DNA of 63,791 bases, the filler included, from Octopus bimaculoides (Eukaryota): assembly GCF_001194135.2 (NCBI RefSeq). It is 6 parts of 6 records of this genome, joined end to end, with 100 filler letters (N's around TTAATTAATTAA, not from the genome) between each part and the next. Parts side by side here need not be neighbours in the genome. Positions count along the whole stretch, not along the records: positions 28,892 to 44,297 come from NC_068993.1; positions 44,398 to 56,136 come from NC_068995.1; 4 more parts are not named here. One strand, 5' to 3'. Each line of letters starts with the position of its first letter. Within the stretch, counting starts at the first letter, position 1. The notes under the pieces are model-generated. The model was not told the origin of the DNA, searched no databases, and saw only the letters and a program-made list of their open reading frames with translations. A program made the translations under genes and the position numbers. Shown here one piece after another: positions 40,060-53,535 of the stretch.

Positions 40060-41383
40060 AGAATACTATAGACGAGTTAGATTAATACTGAAAACAGAGC
40101 TGAATTCATAAAACAAGATAATAGGTATCAGCACTATAGCTGTCCCAATTATAAGTTACAGCTACAATATCCTTAACTGGACACTAAATGAACTAATCAA
40201 AATAGACAGGAAAACAAGAGAAATAATGACAGGATTTAAGATGCACCACCCAAAATCTGACGTAGAAAGGTTATATATACAACGTATGGAAGGTGGTAGA
40301 AGCCAGAAAACTATTACAAAATAACCACCATAGGACTACAAAAAATACCTACTTCAGAAGCAAGGAAAACTAATACAAATAGCCACAAAACACGAACAAA
40401 ACACAAAACTGTTTTCAGTCTTTAAGAAAGCTTACAAATACAAAAAATAGTCATAGTACCTAACAACTATGAAAATATAAAGAATAAACAACAAAAGCTG
40501 ACATCCAGACCGAAAATGGAACGGGAACGGATCATGATAAAACGATGGCAAAAAAAGCCCTTTCATGCAAAAGAAATAAACAAAGCAAAATCCCAATAAT
40601 GGCTGAGAAGCTCAGGACTCAAAGCAGAGACTGAAGGATTTTTAATTGCTGCACAAGACCAAAACCTCCCCACCAGAAATTACCAAAAACATATAATGAA
40701 AAGAAACATAACAAGTAACTGCAGAATATGTGACGAGGGGCAAGAAACAATAAATCATATTGTCTCTGGCTGCCCAGTCCTGGCTAAGAAGGAATATATT
40801 CAGAGACACGACAGAGTTGGGACCTATATACACTGGAAGCTATGCTAACACTATGGAACAACAACAGAAAAAAAATGGTATAAGCACACGCCAGAAAAGG
40901 TCACAGAAAATGAGAAACCAAACACACTAGGGGATATGCCAATACACACAGATAGAGAAATTAAGGCCAATAGGTCGGATATAGTTGTCAGAGATCATCA
41001 AGACAAAAATGCTGTCTAATTGATGTATCAATGCCAACATATGACAACGCTTCTTTAAAAGCAATGAAGAAACTATCAAAATATAAAGATCTGGAAATAG
41101 AGGCAACTCGAATGTGGAGTCTAAAAGCAGAAACAATTCCTATCATAGTAGGCACATTAGGTATGATAAAAAAATATTCAGCAAAAACACCAGGACTAAC
41201 AAGTATATATAACATACAGAAGATAGAACCACTAGGCACCGCACACATCCTACGTAAAACACTTTCAATAAAGGCATCATAGTAAACCACAGCACATACC
41301 CAAGGCACACAGAGTTGCATTCGGTATTGCAGTGAAAGCATGTGATAAAATTATGACTACTGAATAATAATAATGATAATAAT
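40060..41383 (+). mobile_element. R4/Dong-type LINE 3' part
   Basis: KKLSKYKDLEIEATRMWSLKAETIPIIVGTLG...LGTAHILRKTL. Ends in a (TAA)n-like tail at 41363-41383. Confidence 0.85.
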
Positions 41384-41399
41384 CCTTCTCTACACTCAG

Positions 41400-41870
41400 G
41401 GCTTAAGACATTATTCTTCTCCCGCGTGCTCTCATTAAATGCAGCACCGTCAACTTTCTCTGTATCTACTTCTACATCGCTCCCCATGTTTTTGATCATC
41501 ACCCTCTTCCTAATCTCATCAAGCTCTAATACTGTTAGCTATCTTTTCTTCCTTATTGCTCTTATCTGGTCATAGAGTCTCTGTTCCATAATATCTGAGT
41601 CCTGCTTTTCCATCCATATGCCATGCATCTTCTTTCTATATCCTCATATGGGTCTCCCTCCATTTTGGGTCTACCCAAAATGAACATTCCATGACAGCTG
41701 TATTCATCGACTTAATCGATTTTGTTCTAGCAGCCGTATAATGACGACTAGGCTTGTGCTGTTCACCCACAGGGCACCTGCCGGCCGAAAGGCCGCCACA
41801 TGTAGTTCCGTCCTCATTTACGCCGTTGTTTGTGTTAATTCTATTATTCATTACTCTCATACAGAGGAAA
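41400..41870 (-). mobile_element. R4/Dong-type LINE ORF N-terminus fragment
   Basis: MRVMNNRINTNNGVNEDGTTCGG...TKSIKSMNTAVMEC resembles RLE-LINE N-termini. Decayed. Confidence 0.5.
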
Positions 41871-42099
41871 GTGTTGATAAGTTATTACAACCACTGGTAT
41901 TTTTATCGAGGCACCATCTCTAGAGGGGTTTGTCTAAAAAGGGGCTCTTTTACTTAAGTGAGCTATTCTGTGCTAGGTACCAACGCAATGTTCAGAGCTC
42001 TCTGCAGCTGGTAAAAGAATTATTTGGAAGAAAAAATATCCGCGAGGGAGGGGTAAAGAGGGGTGTTAAGAAAAGAGTTTAGTACTTAAGTTAATTGTT

Positions 42100-43903
42100 G
42101 TTATTGTGTTAAATGGATATTAGCATTTGCCTTATAAGTTTGGGTAGGCTGCTGGTAAAAAAAAACAAAACAAAAACAGGTGGGCTGGGAGAGGTGAATG
42201 TAGTTCATGAAGAGCTGAAACAAAGATTGCAGGCTAAAGCGACAAAGATCAAGAAATATGACCAAAGAATTGAACGATATAAAATCAACAGATTGTTCCA
42301 ACAAGACCAGAAAAGGGTTATCAACAGCTGAATGGAAAGATTAACTGCAGTGAGAGACTGGACACTGAAGAAAATAGAAAGTTTTTGCGTAACATCTGAA
42401 ATAATAGAAGAAAGCAAAATGAAGATGCTAAATGGGTGAAGGAATGAAGATCGGAGAAATATGAAGTGAAATAGAGCAATATCAGAATGACGACTGAAAT
42501 GATGACCGAACAGACAACAAAAATCCCAAACTGGAAATCATCAGGCCTCGATGGGGTACAAGGATATTGGCTGAAAACCTTCACAGCACTACACAGAAGA
42601 GTAACCACGCAAATGGATAAAACAGGACGGAAATCTCAAAGTGGCTGACTACAGGTAAAACAATTGTTTGCCAAAAGAATACCAGTAAAGGCAATGCAGT
42701 GGATAATTACCGTCCTATCACCTGCCTGCCCCTGATGTAGAAGCTGATGACAGGAATAATATCTAATTATGTATGTAACTTCCTGGAAATGAATGACATG
42801 CTAGAAGAGATGCAGAAGTAAAAGGCGAGGGGACAAAAGATCAACTTCTGATAGATATAATGGTGCTGAACGACTTCAAAAAAAGACATACTAACCTCAA
42901 TCCTTACTTGCCACTGTCAGAATTAACAATACAATACCTACCGAAAATGTGATGCACACACAAACATTTAAGAAACAAGATAAAGAAGAAAGAATAAACA
43001 ATTGGAAAATGAAATCACTGCATGGGCAATACTTAAGAGAAATCGAAGAAAAAGTACGACCAACACTCAGAGATGGCTAAGAAAAAGTGATCTGAATGGA
43101 TGCACTGAGGCATTAATATGCAGTGCTCGGGAACAAGCTCTGACAACTAATTACACCAAGTTCCAAAGAGATAAGAGCAATGAATTGCCCCTTTGTAAGA
43201 TGCGTGGCAGCAAAAACGAAACAATCTCACATATTGTGAGTGAGTGTAACAAGCTGGCCCAAAAGCACTACAAAAGGAGGCGCGATAATGTGGTTAACTT
43301 TGTTCAGTGGAGACTATGTACAGCTTGGACAGAAATGGTACGAACATGAACCAGACGGCGTCATCGACAACAATGAAAATAAAATCTTGTGGGATTTTAC
43401 AAACCAATGTAATTACCTAATCGACGCTCGGGGACCAGACATTGTTGTGGTAGATAAGGAAAAAAGAAACCAAGATTTTAGATATTGCAATACCTGGGGA
43501 TGTGTGTATAAGTGACAAAGGACAAGAAAAGTACAGACTACTAAAAAATGAAATTGCAAGAATGTGGACTATGAGGAGAGTATCTGTTATCCTAGTAATT
43601 GTGGGGGCACTCGGAACACGAACGACCAAGTTCGATAAATATGTCAAAGAAATTGGAACTGACATGTGAGCAGAACAAGCCCCAAAATATCTGCTCTGCT
43701 GGGGAACAGCTAGCATTTTGAGACTGGTATTTCGGTGTTCAATGTCCTCCACAATAATTAACAACCAATTATCAAAGATTATAATGCGTGGAAAGAAACC
43801 ATGTGAGACCTCTGACAACAGGCTGCTGCAAGATCTCACAGAATCAGCCAGCGCAAACAAGACCGAGCGCTCTGAGAAGTAAAACAACAACAACAATAAT
43901 AAT
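42100..43903 (+). mobile_element. R4/Dong-type LINE, deleted RT plus RLE 3' end
   Basis: EELKQRLQAKATKIKKYDQRIERYKINRLFQQDQKR, KLAQKHYKRRRDNV, KILWDFTNQCNYLIDARGPDIVVVDK. The 3' UTR/tail is the same family as 12311-12480. Confidence 0.85.
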
Positions 43904-43919
43904 AGTTTACTAGTTAAGT

Positions 43920-44790
43920 TACTTATTATTATTATTATGTTTTTTTTTTCTTCTTTCTTCAAATGTTTTCCCATTTCTCGCCGAGTGTTTTCCGTACACC
44001 TAGGGCAGAGAAACGTTGTATGCATTGCCAATTTACACACGCAAATTCATAGGTAAAACATGTATTTAAGAAAAAAAAAAAATCATGAATGGATGTTGTT
44101 TTCACAGCGATAATGCTCTTCTTAGTACATGAGTCGTTCCAGTTAGCACGATTTTTTGCACCTCCAGTAGAGATGGTAAGCCTGGTATCATTTTCAAATA
44201 GATTTCAGTACCTTTTTTTAATCATTCCTAGAGATCCTACAATCACTGGTATGGTAGTCGCCTTGAGGTGCCACATTTTTTCAATTTCTATTAGCAANNN
44301 NNNNNNNNNNNNNNNNNNNNNNNNNNNNNNNNNNNNNNNNNTTAATTAATTAANNNNNNNNNNNNNNNNNNNNNNNNNNNNNNNNNNNNNNNNNNNNTAG
44401 CCTTTCTATGTTAGATTTTGGGTGGTGCATCCTAGATCCTGTTATTATTTTTCTTGTTTTCCTGTCTATTTTCGTTAGTTCATTTAGTGTCCAGTTAAGG
44501 ATATTGTAGCTGTAGCTTATAACTGGGACGGCTAAAGTGTTAATGCCTATTATCTTGTTTTTAGCATTGAGCTCTGTTTTCATTATTTTCTCTTTCATTT
44601 GTGTGTGTTGTATCCTATCTAGTTCATTGATTCCTAAATATTTGTATGTCTGGCTATGGTCTAATTCTCTTATTTCATTGGCTTTATCTAGTGTGATGTT
44701 GCTACTCTTAACTAGTTTTCCTCTTTTCAGGGTTGCTTTGGTACATTTTTCTAAACCAAATTTTTCTAATCCAAATTTCTTTTCTATCTA

Positions 44791-44872
<82 letters not shown>

Positions 44873-44882
44873 GTTGTTGTTG

Positions 44883-44920
<38 letters not shown>

Positions 44921-45420
44921 TAGTTTTATTTTTATAACGTGCTTTCCTTTCACTACCGAGCGCAGCTCTGCGCGCCTTGGGTATGTGCTGTGGTTTGCTG
45001 TGATGCTCTTATGGTTACTGTATTGAAAGTGTTTTACGTAGGATGTGTGCAGTGCCCAGTAGTGCAATTTTCAGTATATTATCCATATTTTATATGTATG
45101 TGTTGTTGAGTTTTCGTTCTTTGGGTAGAGCACTGCTGTAAAGTAAGCGTGTAGGATTGAAATGTATTTCTCACGTGTCCATTTATGCCGTTTTGGTTTT
45201 ATTTGCGGGACATGAGGAACAACGTCCGGCCCTTTATTTTGACGGTCTTCATTTTCGTAGGGTACCGGTCCGTTCATTTCTGTTGTCAGATTGTTTTGCA
45301 CGTGCAGCTCTTCGTACTTTTTGTGTAACAAGTTTAAAGTACGCACTTCCCGGTTGTTATTCTTGGATGGAATAATACCGGTATTATTTAATCTATTTAT
45401 AATTTTTTTGTACNNNNNNN
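43920..45420 (-). mobile_element. Stack of R4/Dong-type fragments separated by (TAA)n arrays
   Basis: TELNAKNKIIGINTLAVPVISYSY...MHHPKSNIERL. 3' UTR at ~44918-45070 is the same family as 41280-41383. (ATT)n array at ~44791-44917. Confidence 0.75.
44298..44397. other. Artificial contig spacer
   Basis: 44N + TTAATTAATTAA (44342-44353) + 44N. Confidence 0.97.
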
Positions 45421-45447
45421 NNNNNNNNNNNNNNNNNNNNNNNNNNN

Positions 45448-45483
<36 letters not shown>

Positions 45484-46239
45484 TGTGTAATGATATATAG
45501 CAGTTGAGCGACTGCTCTACATAGCGTCGCATTTGGTGAATACATATTCTGTATCTGTGCATTAACAACGCTACCAATGGTTTCATGTGACAGAATATCC
45601 ATACACTTTAAGCGATCTTTAAGCGATCTACTTCAAAATAGTGTGATAGTAACTAGTCGAGTGAGCAGTGATTAGGGTTGTTTTTTTATATATTATTATT
45701 ATTATTATTATTATTTTGGTTTGGCTCAGGTTTGGTTTTATTCCTGGTAGGATTTATATGGGTAGCAAGTTACTACCCGTAACTTTAGGGACCCACAAGT
45801 TTTCAGCAGTCTTTCAAGTGCTTACTACCAGGCATTCTATTTCAATCTCCTCCAGCCATTTACCTATATCTTGGCTTACTGTTCCCAACGCACCAAGTAT
45901 TATAGGCTCTTACTGTTCGCATGCTCCAAATTCTTCCTATTACAAATTTTAACGGATTGTATTTTCTTTGTTTTTCTCCCTATTTCTTTGCAATCCTGGA
46001 ATCAAACGGGCATGATGGGCCGATCAGTAAGCAACTTCGCTTTTCCCTATCTATAATTGTAATATCTGGTCTATTATTTTCTAATTTCTTGTCCGTTTGA
46101 ATAGGTAAGTCCCACAAAATCTTATATTTCTCCGACACTTAGGAGCTCAGTTACTATTGTTGCTCAGAACATCATCCTACAGTACAGAGTTTGGTGTTCA
46201 TGCTACCCCGAAGGTACAGCAGCTGCTTATCATCTACAC

Positions 46240-46761
46240 AAGATATCGTGAACGACGGAGGTAAATTGATGGGGGTTTGGGCTGGAGGTGTCGCTCCATA
46301 TCAGCCTGCCGGACTTCCACAAAATTGCGGAAGAGCTGATGCTGCCAGATGAGACAAGATTAAGAATCGTCGTAGAAGGGAGACCTCCGGTATGTTATTT
46401 ATGTAGAGTAAGGGGACACATGAAAGCAAAGTGTCCCCATAAACACGAACAGGAGGAAGCGGAAAAGGAGCGTCAAGAAGAAAAGGGCGCAATTGCGGAG
46501 GAGGAGGAAATGGTGGAAAAATATACAGTGGTAGAAAGAAAGGGGAGTAACGTAGAATCTCCACCTAAAAGCCCGAAGAAGAAAAGAAAGACAGAGGAGA
46601 ACAAGAACGAGAAAAGAAAGAATGAGAAGCCAAGTGAGGAACGAACACAAAGACTGTTGCCTTCAACTAGTAAGGAGGAGGAAGGATGGAAGAGCAAGAG
46701 ACATGAAAGTGAGAGGGAAGGACACACAGAGGTAGAGAGTGGTGAGGTACAGCAGAGATAG
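46240..46761 (+). mobile_element. LINE ORF1 (gag-like) fragment with CCHC zinc knuckle
   Basis: RIVVEGRPPVCYLCRVRGHMKAKC (C-x2-C-x4-H-x4-C) followed by a K/E-rich tail, typical of Tx1/L1-like ORF1. Confidence 0.75.
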
Positions 46762-47169
46762 CCCACGGGGGGGAAATATGAAAGAACTATGATTCGTTAC
46801 AAAAAGAGAGTAGAGATAGAAAAGAAAATTTAAAAAATGAAACATGTAATAAGGATTAAAATGGCTGACAGAGAGGAAAATCGAGATGAGAAAGCGGTGT
46901 TGTTGGAGGATGGTAGAGCAGGAAGGTTGCAGGAAATATTTGGCAACAGGATAGTGATGACAGGGATTCGGTTTCGTTATGATGAATTGCTATCAGTGGT
47001 AATATTTGACGATTTGACGGAACATTTGGTGTGACATTGTGTGGATTTAAAACAAAAGGAAACTAACAAGATACAAGACTGATAAGTACATACTTTATTT
47101 AAAAAACAGTAAAATGGAACTACCTGTTTTGTGGGGTAGGAAAGCCATTTCATTCTCATTTCATTTATA

Positions 47170-48258
47170 TTCATAATTCATTTGTTATGTTTTTATGTAC
47201 CCCAATGTATTGTTTTGCCTATTCTTGTGGTGTCCCCTTTTTATAAAGGCCGTGTACCTCAATAAAAGAAACATAGCAGTTCACTATGAGCTTTTGATAC
47301 AGAGCTTTTAGTCTCGTGTAATAGTAATTGTAGTGCGTCGTGTATATACTTTCTTCCCCTCTGCTTCGTTATACTATATATCCAATACAAGGATATAAAA
47401 GTGGCGGCGAGTTGTTCGAAGCTTGCCTTGGATATGTAACTTTTTTTTGGTACGACACCAAACAAAAAAGTCATCTAACATGGAGAACTTATTGGCCTCC
47501 GTGGTGCAGTTGCAACAGCAACTACAGCAGCAATTACAGCAGCAGCAGCTACAACAGCAACAACAGCAAAACCAACAGTTGCTGGAATTAATGTTGAAGA
47601 AGTCTGACAATATTTCAGGTTCGCCGTACTCGCTAGACAGCGTAGCAAACTCAGTTGAAGAACTTAGCAGTAAACCAGAAGAAGGTACTGCCTTCTCTGC
47701 ATACTTTTGTAGATACGAAGAAATCTTCAAAGAAGAGTGTAAAAGTTAGTCCGACGAGAAAAAAGTACGACTACTTTTAAGAAAGTTATCCCCTGCCGAA
47801 TACGAAAAAATATAGTAATTATATTCTGCCGAATTTTTTATCGAAACTTTTCAGTGATAGAATGTCCCTGCTCAATACTCGCTAGCAATGCCGGAGTAGT
47901 AAACATAGAGTGTGAGAAATTCAAATTGGATGACTTGTCCCCGGACATGTTCAAGTCATTAATTGTTGTTCAAAAGCTTACTGCAAGCAAAGATGCAGAT
48001 ATACGTTCCCGGATATTAACAAAATTAAAACAGGACCAAAATTTAACTCTGCAAGCAGTAGCAGAAGAATGGTGGACTAACTCATTGTTATAAAGTAAAG
48101 ATTTGTGAGCGATTGGCAGTTCGTATAGGTAACAGTTCACTTTGAGCCTTTGATATAGAGCGTTGAGACTCATGTAATAGTAATAGCAGTGCGTCGTGTA
48201 TATACTTCCTTCGCCCCTGCTTTGTTATATTATATATTCAATACAAGGATATAAAATA
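47170..48258 (+). mobile_element. Gypsy-like LTR element, internally deleted (LTR-PBS-gag-LTR)
   Basis: LTR ends ...AAGGATATAAAA at 47400, then PBS-like TGGCGGCGAG and poly-Q gag (LDSVANSVEEL...FSAYFCRYEEIF...KKVRLLLRKL). The LTR 3' part recurs at ~48130-48258. Confidence 0.8.
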
Positions 48259-48406
48259 AAGACAGGAAGCTACCTCTCTGAACAGCAAGTAGAGTGTATG
48301 TGTGAGTAAAAAGGGTGGCGATGGTACAGCTGATAGAATTAAAAACAAGCAAGGAGAGACAGTACTTACGCGTGCGCGCGTGCGTAAACACACACTTGCA
48401 CACACT

Positions 48407-48443
<37 letters not shown>

Positions 48444-48539
48444 GCATACACACAATCACGCACACACATACAAATTTATCTAATGTTATTCACCTAAAAA
48501 TTTTAAAACCTATTTTACAAAAAATTTGATTTGTTAAAT

Positions 48540-48589
<50 letters not shown>

Positions 48590-49201
48590 ACAACAGCAGT
48601 TTTAGAGGTACCACGCAGCTGGAATGAATTCGGAACCATGTGGTTGGGAAGCAAACTTCTTAATACAAAACCACGGCTGCGCCCATCTACAAACAAAAGA
48701 AAAAAGAGTACTCATAACGTGTCGTGGTCTATAAATACTTTTATTAACAGATATACATTACCTGAAGATTTGGTAGCGTAAAAGCAAACTTTCTTCTATC
48801 ACAGCTTTTAGACAAACTTGTTGAAGATGAGTGAGGGTCATTCTTGCTGGCCAGTGCGGATTACACAGTGGAGCCAGTATCTTTGCAACAATTTAGCTGC
48901 AGTTGGAGGGAAGGAAATTCTAGTACGATTGGATGATAGACACGATGGGCATTTAGGTTGAGTTATATACTCCCTTGCTTTGGTTAGAAAAAACTGAGAT
49001 CAGAATATAAATGTTAGTGCAATTAGATTTCAGCAAAATTTATGGAAGCTTTTAACATCAAAGGGCTTATAATTAGCAAACAGTTCAGTTTTCTTGTTAA
49101 ACGATACAGTTGATCTATTGCAATGCATTCAGTTTTTCTCAAACAAAAATGGCCGTTACAATCAGATGTGGAACATGGCGTAGAACACGCACGCGCGCAC
49201 A

Positions 49202-49301
<100 letters not shown>

Positions 49302-49356
49302 TATATAATGCAAAAACGATAGAGACGGAAAATGGAATATACGGAAAACTTTATTG

Positions 49357-49460
49357 ATCACAACGATCGTTTGGATACATCCTTCATCGCTCCCTCACGG
49401 GTAGGAAACTACAATTAATTTCGGTGCACCCCACGGTGCAGAAGCATCTCATCAGGTGAT
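49357..49460 (-). ncRNA. Double-core hammerhead-like motif followed by AATAAA
   Basis: Minus strand ATCAC CTGATGA ... TGCACC gtgg GGTGCA cc GAAA ... GCGATGA a GGAT gt ATCC AA ACGATCGT T GTGAT caataaa. Confidence 0.55.
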
Positions 49461-50020
49461 GTAATAATCTATGTGTGTATCTATATATGTGTGCGTTTGT
49501 GTGTGTGTATGTGTGTGTCTATGTGCGTCTGTGTATGTGTGTATATATATGTATAAATATAGGAATATATGTGTGTGTGTATATAGCTATATCTATATAG
49601 ATATGTGATTCGGTATGCATGTGAGTATGTATGTATGTATATATTGGAAATGTAGGCACACACCTGCGAATATGTATATAATGCATGCCTTTCTGTACAT
49701 GCATGTGCACGTAGAGGCATGCAAACAAGGGCGAAATTATACCTAACCACATCCAGTGAGGGCAGAAAACTATGCGCATATATGTATAAGTATAATTGTG
49801 TATGTAAACGCTTGCTGTGGTATTAGGATTAGTGAGAACCCATGTGGTATTAGGATAAGTGAGAACCCATGTAGTGATTAAACCGCGAGCGGAGTATGTG
49901 TCCATGTCCTCACATGTGCATATATATACGTGCGTCTATATGTGTGTGTGAATGTGTATGACTATGTATGTACACGTAAGTGTATACGCATCTATATATG
50001 TATATATATATATATATATT

Positions 50021-51305
50021 GGCAAAACTTACTTGGAAAAGGATGCATGCCGCTCGATCATACAATAATATAAACAATATAGAGATATATGCATATATCC
50101 ATACATATATGTACATACCTACATATATATGTATATATACATGCATATATGGGTACAGGACATAAAAAAAACGCTAAACACAATGAGAAACGAAAACATA
50201 AAAACGTAAACAGAAAACGAACCTCTTTCGAACAACGAAAAAAAACAGAGAAACGAGGCATGTAACATAAAGAGTATATCCCTTCGTCAGTTGTCCCTGT
50301 TCCATCTACTCCGCGTTTCGAAGGCAAAGACAATACGCGACTCCGTTGGAACAGTCCTTCCCGCAAAGCAAATTAAATAAAATTTGGAATTTTTTGCGGT
50401 GCGTAAAAGCGTTAACAAGAACAGGACAGTGAGAACAAGACAGTAAAAACAATAAAAACAGTAAAAACAAGACAATAAAAACAAACGGTGAAGGCTGTTG
50501 AGCTAAGACGATAGAAAAAATATTATGAACGCTAAGTAGAAGAGACAGAAAAAACACGTCTGTTCTTTAGGAAGACCAGTGGGCAGAAAGAAAGAACCCC
50601 TTTCGTCACGTGTCAGCGACGAGAGAGTCAAGGAGGAAGAGGAGGAGTATGAGAGAGAGAGAGAGAGAGAGAGAGGGAACGGTGAAAGGGAGAGAAGAAT
50701 AAGGAAAGGGCTGGAGAGAAGAACAGAAAGGATGAAGAACAAGAGAAGGGGAGAGATAGTAGAAGAGTGCACATTGTAATTATTAAGACAAAATTTACTT
50801 GGAAAAGGATGAGTGGCGCTCGATAATACAATAATATAAATAATATATAGATATATGCATATATCCATACTTACATGTACATACCTACATCTATATGTAC
50901 ACATACATGCATATTTGGGTACAGGACATAAAAAAAAAACGCTAAACACAATGGGAAACGAAAACATAAAAACGAAAACAGAAAACGAACCTCTTTCGAA
51001 CAACGAAAAAAACAAACAGAGAAACGAGGCATGCAACATAAAGAGTATATCCCTTCGTCAGTTGTCTCGAAATGCGGGGTAGATGGAAGAGGGACAACTG
51101 ACGAAAGGATGTACTCTTTATGTTGCATGTCTCGTTTCTCTGTTTTTTTCGTTGTTCGAAAGAGATTTTCTGTTTTCGTTTTTATGTTTTCGTTTCTCAT
51201 CGTGTTTAGCGTTTTTTTTTATGTCCTGTTCCCATATATGCATGTATGTATACATATAGATGTAGGTATGTACATATATGTATGGATATATGCATATATC
51301 TATAT

Positions 51306-51310
<5 letters not shown>
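50021..51310. repeat. Three copies of a ~270-bp unit; the last two form a palindrome
   Basis: Copies at 50021-50295 (+), 50787-51066 (+) and 51093-~51310 (-). The spacer at 51067-51092 is 26 nt. Confidence 0.9.
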
Positions 51311-51349
<39 letters not shown>

Positions 51350-52236
51350 NNNNNNNNNNNNNNNNNNNNNNNNNNNNNNNNNNNNNNNNNNNNNNNNNNN
51401 NNNNNNNNNNNNNNNNNNNNNNNNNNNNNNNNNNNNNNNNNNNNNNNNNNNNNNNNNNNNNNNNNNNNNNNNNNNNNNNNNNNNNNNNNNNNNNNNNNNN
51501 NNNNNNNNNNNNNNNNNNNNNNNNNNNNNNNNNNNNNNNNNNNNNNNNNNNNNNNNNNNNNNNNNNNNNNNNNNNNNNNNNNNNNNNNNNNNNNNNNNNN
51601 NNNNNNNNNNNNNNNNNNNNNNNNNNNNNNNNNNNNNNNNNNNNNNNNNNNNNNNNNNNNNNNNNNNNNNNNNNNNNNNNNNNNNNNNNNNNNNNNNNNN
51701 NNNNNNNNNNNNNNNNNNNNNNNNNNNNNNNNNNNNNNNNNNNNNNNNNNNNNNNNNNNNNNNNNNNNNNNNNNNNNNNNNNNNNNNNNNNNNNNNNNNN
51801 NNNNNNNNNNNNNNNNNNNNNNNNNNNNNNNNNNNNNNNNNNNNNNNNNNNNNNNNNNNNNNNNNNNNNNNNNNNNNNNNNNNNNNNNNNNNNNNNNNNN
51901 NNNNNNNNNNNNNNNNNNNNNNNNNNNNNNNNNNNNNNNNNNNNNNNNNNNNNNNNNNNNNNNNNNNNNNNNNNNNNNNNNNNNNNNNNNNNNNNNNNNN
52001 NNNNNNNNNNNNNNNNNNNNNNNNNNNNNNNNNNNNNNNNNNNNNNNNNNNNNNNNNNNNNNNNNNNNNNNNNNNNNNNNNNNNNNNNNNNNNNNNNNNN
52101 NNNNNNNNNNNNNNNNNNNNNNNNNNNNNNNNNNNNNNNNNNNNNNNNNNNNNNNNNNNNNNNNNNNNNNNNNNNNNNNNNNNNNNNNNNNNNNNNNNNN
52201 NNNNNNNNNNNNNNNNNNNNNNNNNNNNNNNNNNNT

Positions 52237-53252
52237 GGTGCACTTATGATCAAAAAGCGAGTTAGCTATGTACTTGGTTTTTGTAAGGATGGGGTGGGGG
52301 TGGGGGGTAAAAGTAAACTTATGTCATCCATTCCTTAATGTAAATTAAATTATGTTAACGGTTAATCAAAATCCATTCCCACTGCATTGTGCGAAAGTAC
52401 ATTAATATGCATGTAGGCATCTCGGGAGTCGTTCAGACATTCTATTAATGATCTTAGTCCACAGAATAGACAGGGATTCCTCGGAGCAGAGACGGCATCT
52501 CCTGGAAATTATATTGCATGATTTCGCGTACCTTACTATGGACCAATTAATGCTGTACTTCATTTTATCCTCCTTCAGTCGCCATACAAAATCTGCCAAA
52601 GATGTTGATTTGTACTCATACAGAGATTCATCAAAGGACATTTTGATTTTTCTCTGCATGAGCATTTATCGTATTTATTTGTATATAAAGCAGTCCCGAC
52701 TCCATTTACCGGCGTTGTTACCGTGTTAGCTGTATCACAAGTATCATACTAATCATTTTCATATTTGATCGTAATTGCTGTTTATCATTGCAGTTTACAT
52801 CTTGATTGGTATTTAGATGCAAATGTTCGCTAGATCCAGTAGGTGGGTTATTGAACCTTTGCCGCACTTTGCTGTTGTTTATGCGATGCATAAGCTGCTC
52901 TAGATTAGCAGAGTTGGCGTAGGATACCTTCACGGTGTGTCGATTAAAAATTGCATGACACCGATTAGATTTAGGAAAACACTTGTCCAAAGCAGCAAAA
53001 AAAATTTCCAGCGATCTTGGTTGAAACATGCGAACTGAAAATCGGGTTGAACCAGAGGACGTCCTGTTTCCTATATCTGTTGTTAAGTTTATGAGATCAA
53101 GTATGTTGTACAGGATTGGAACAAGCAGTTGGATTATTATGTCACGTGTGTCTATGAGTTTAAAATATGGATGACTTAAGTTTACTTTTAACCTCCCCAT
53201 CCTTACAAACACCAAGCAGATAGCTAACTCGCTTTGTGATCATGAATGCACC
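52237..53252 (-). mobile_element. Penelope-like 3' ORF fragment bracketed by ~90-bp inverted repeats
   Basis: FFAALDKCFPKSNRCHAIFNRHTVKVSY and STSLADFVWRLKEDKMKYSINWSIV...CRLC. Arms 52237-52331 and 53167-53252. Confidence 0.8.
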
Positions 53253-53535
53253 AAACATCACGTGTGCGTATGCTAACATTTTTACAGTTGCTTGTATGAG
53301 CGAGTGTACTCGTGCCATGCAGCTTGCCCGAGGGCGTTTATACATCCATATTTGTTAACTGTTATTTTTAATACTTTTCTCGCTGGATTGCGTGTTCGTT
53401 TCTCTTTTTGCCATCTGTGATTTTATTTTTGATCTTCTATATAAATGAAAATATTTCCTCCGTCTGGCAGCTTTTCTTTCTACAAAACGGGAAGTTACAT
53501 AGCGGAACAGTTATTTTAACGAGCTGTATTTATTT

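Noticed and set aside
48745-48800. Phase-1 donor CAG|GTAATG on minus strand as an upstream WSC-gene exon
   Set aside because: In-frame stops just upstream, no ATG or signal peptide, and it lies across a spacer gap.
50270-50340. CTGACGA and GAAA motifs as a type II hammerhead
   Set aside because: Stems I and III cannot be formed.
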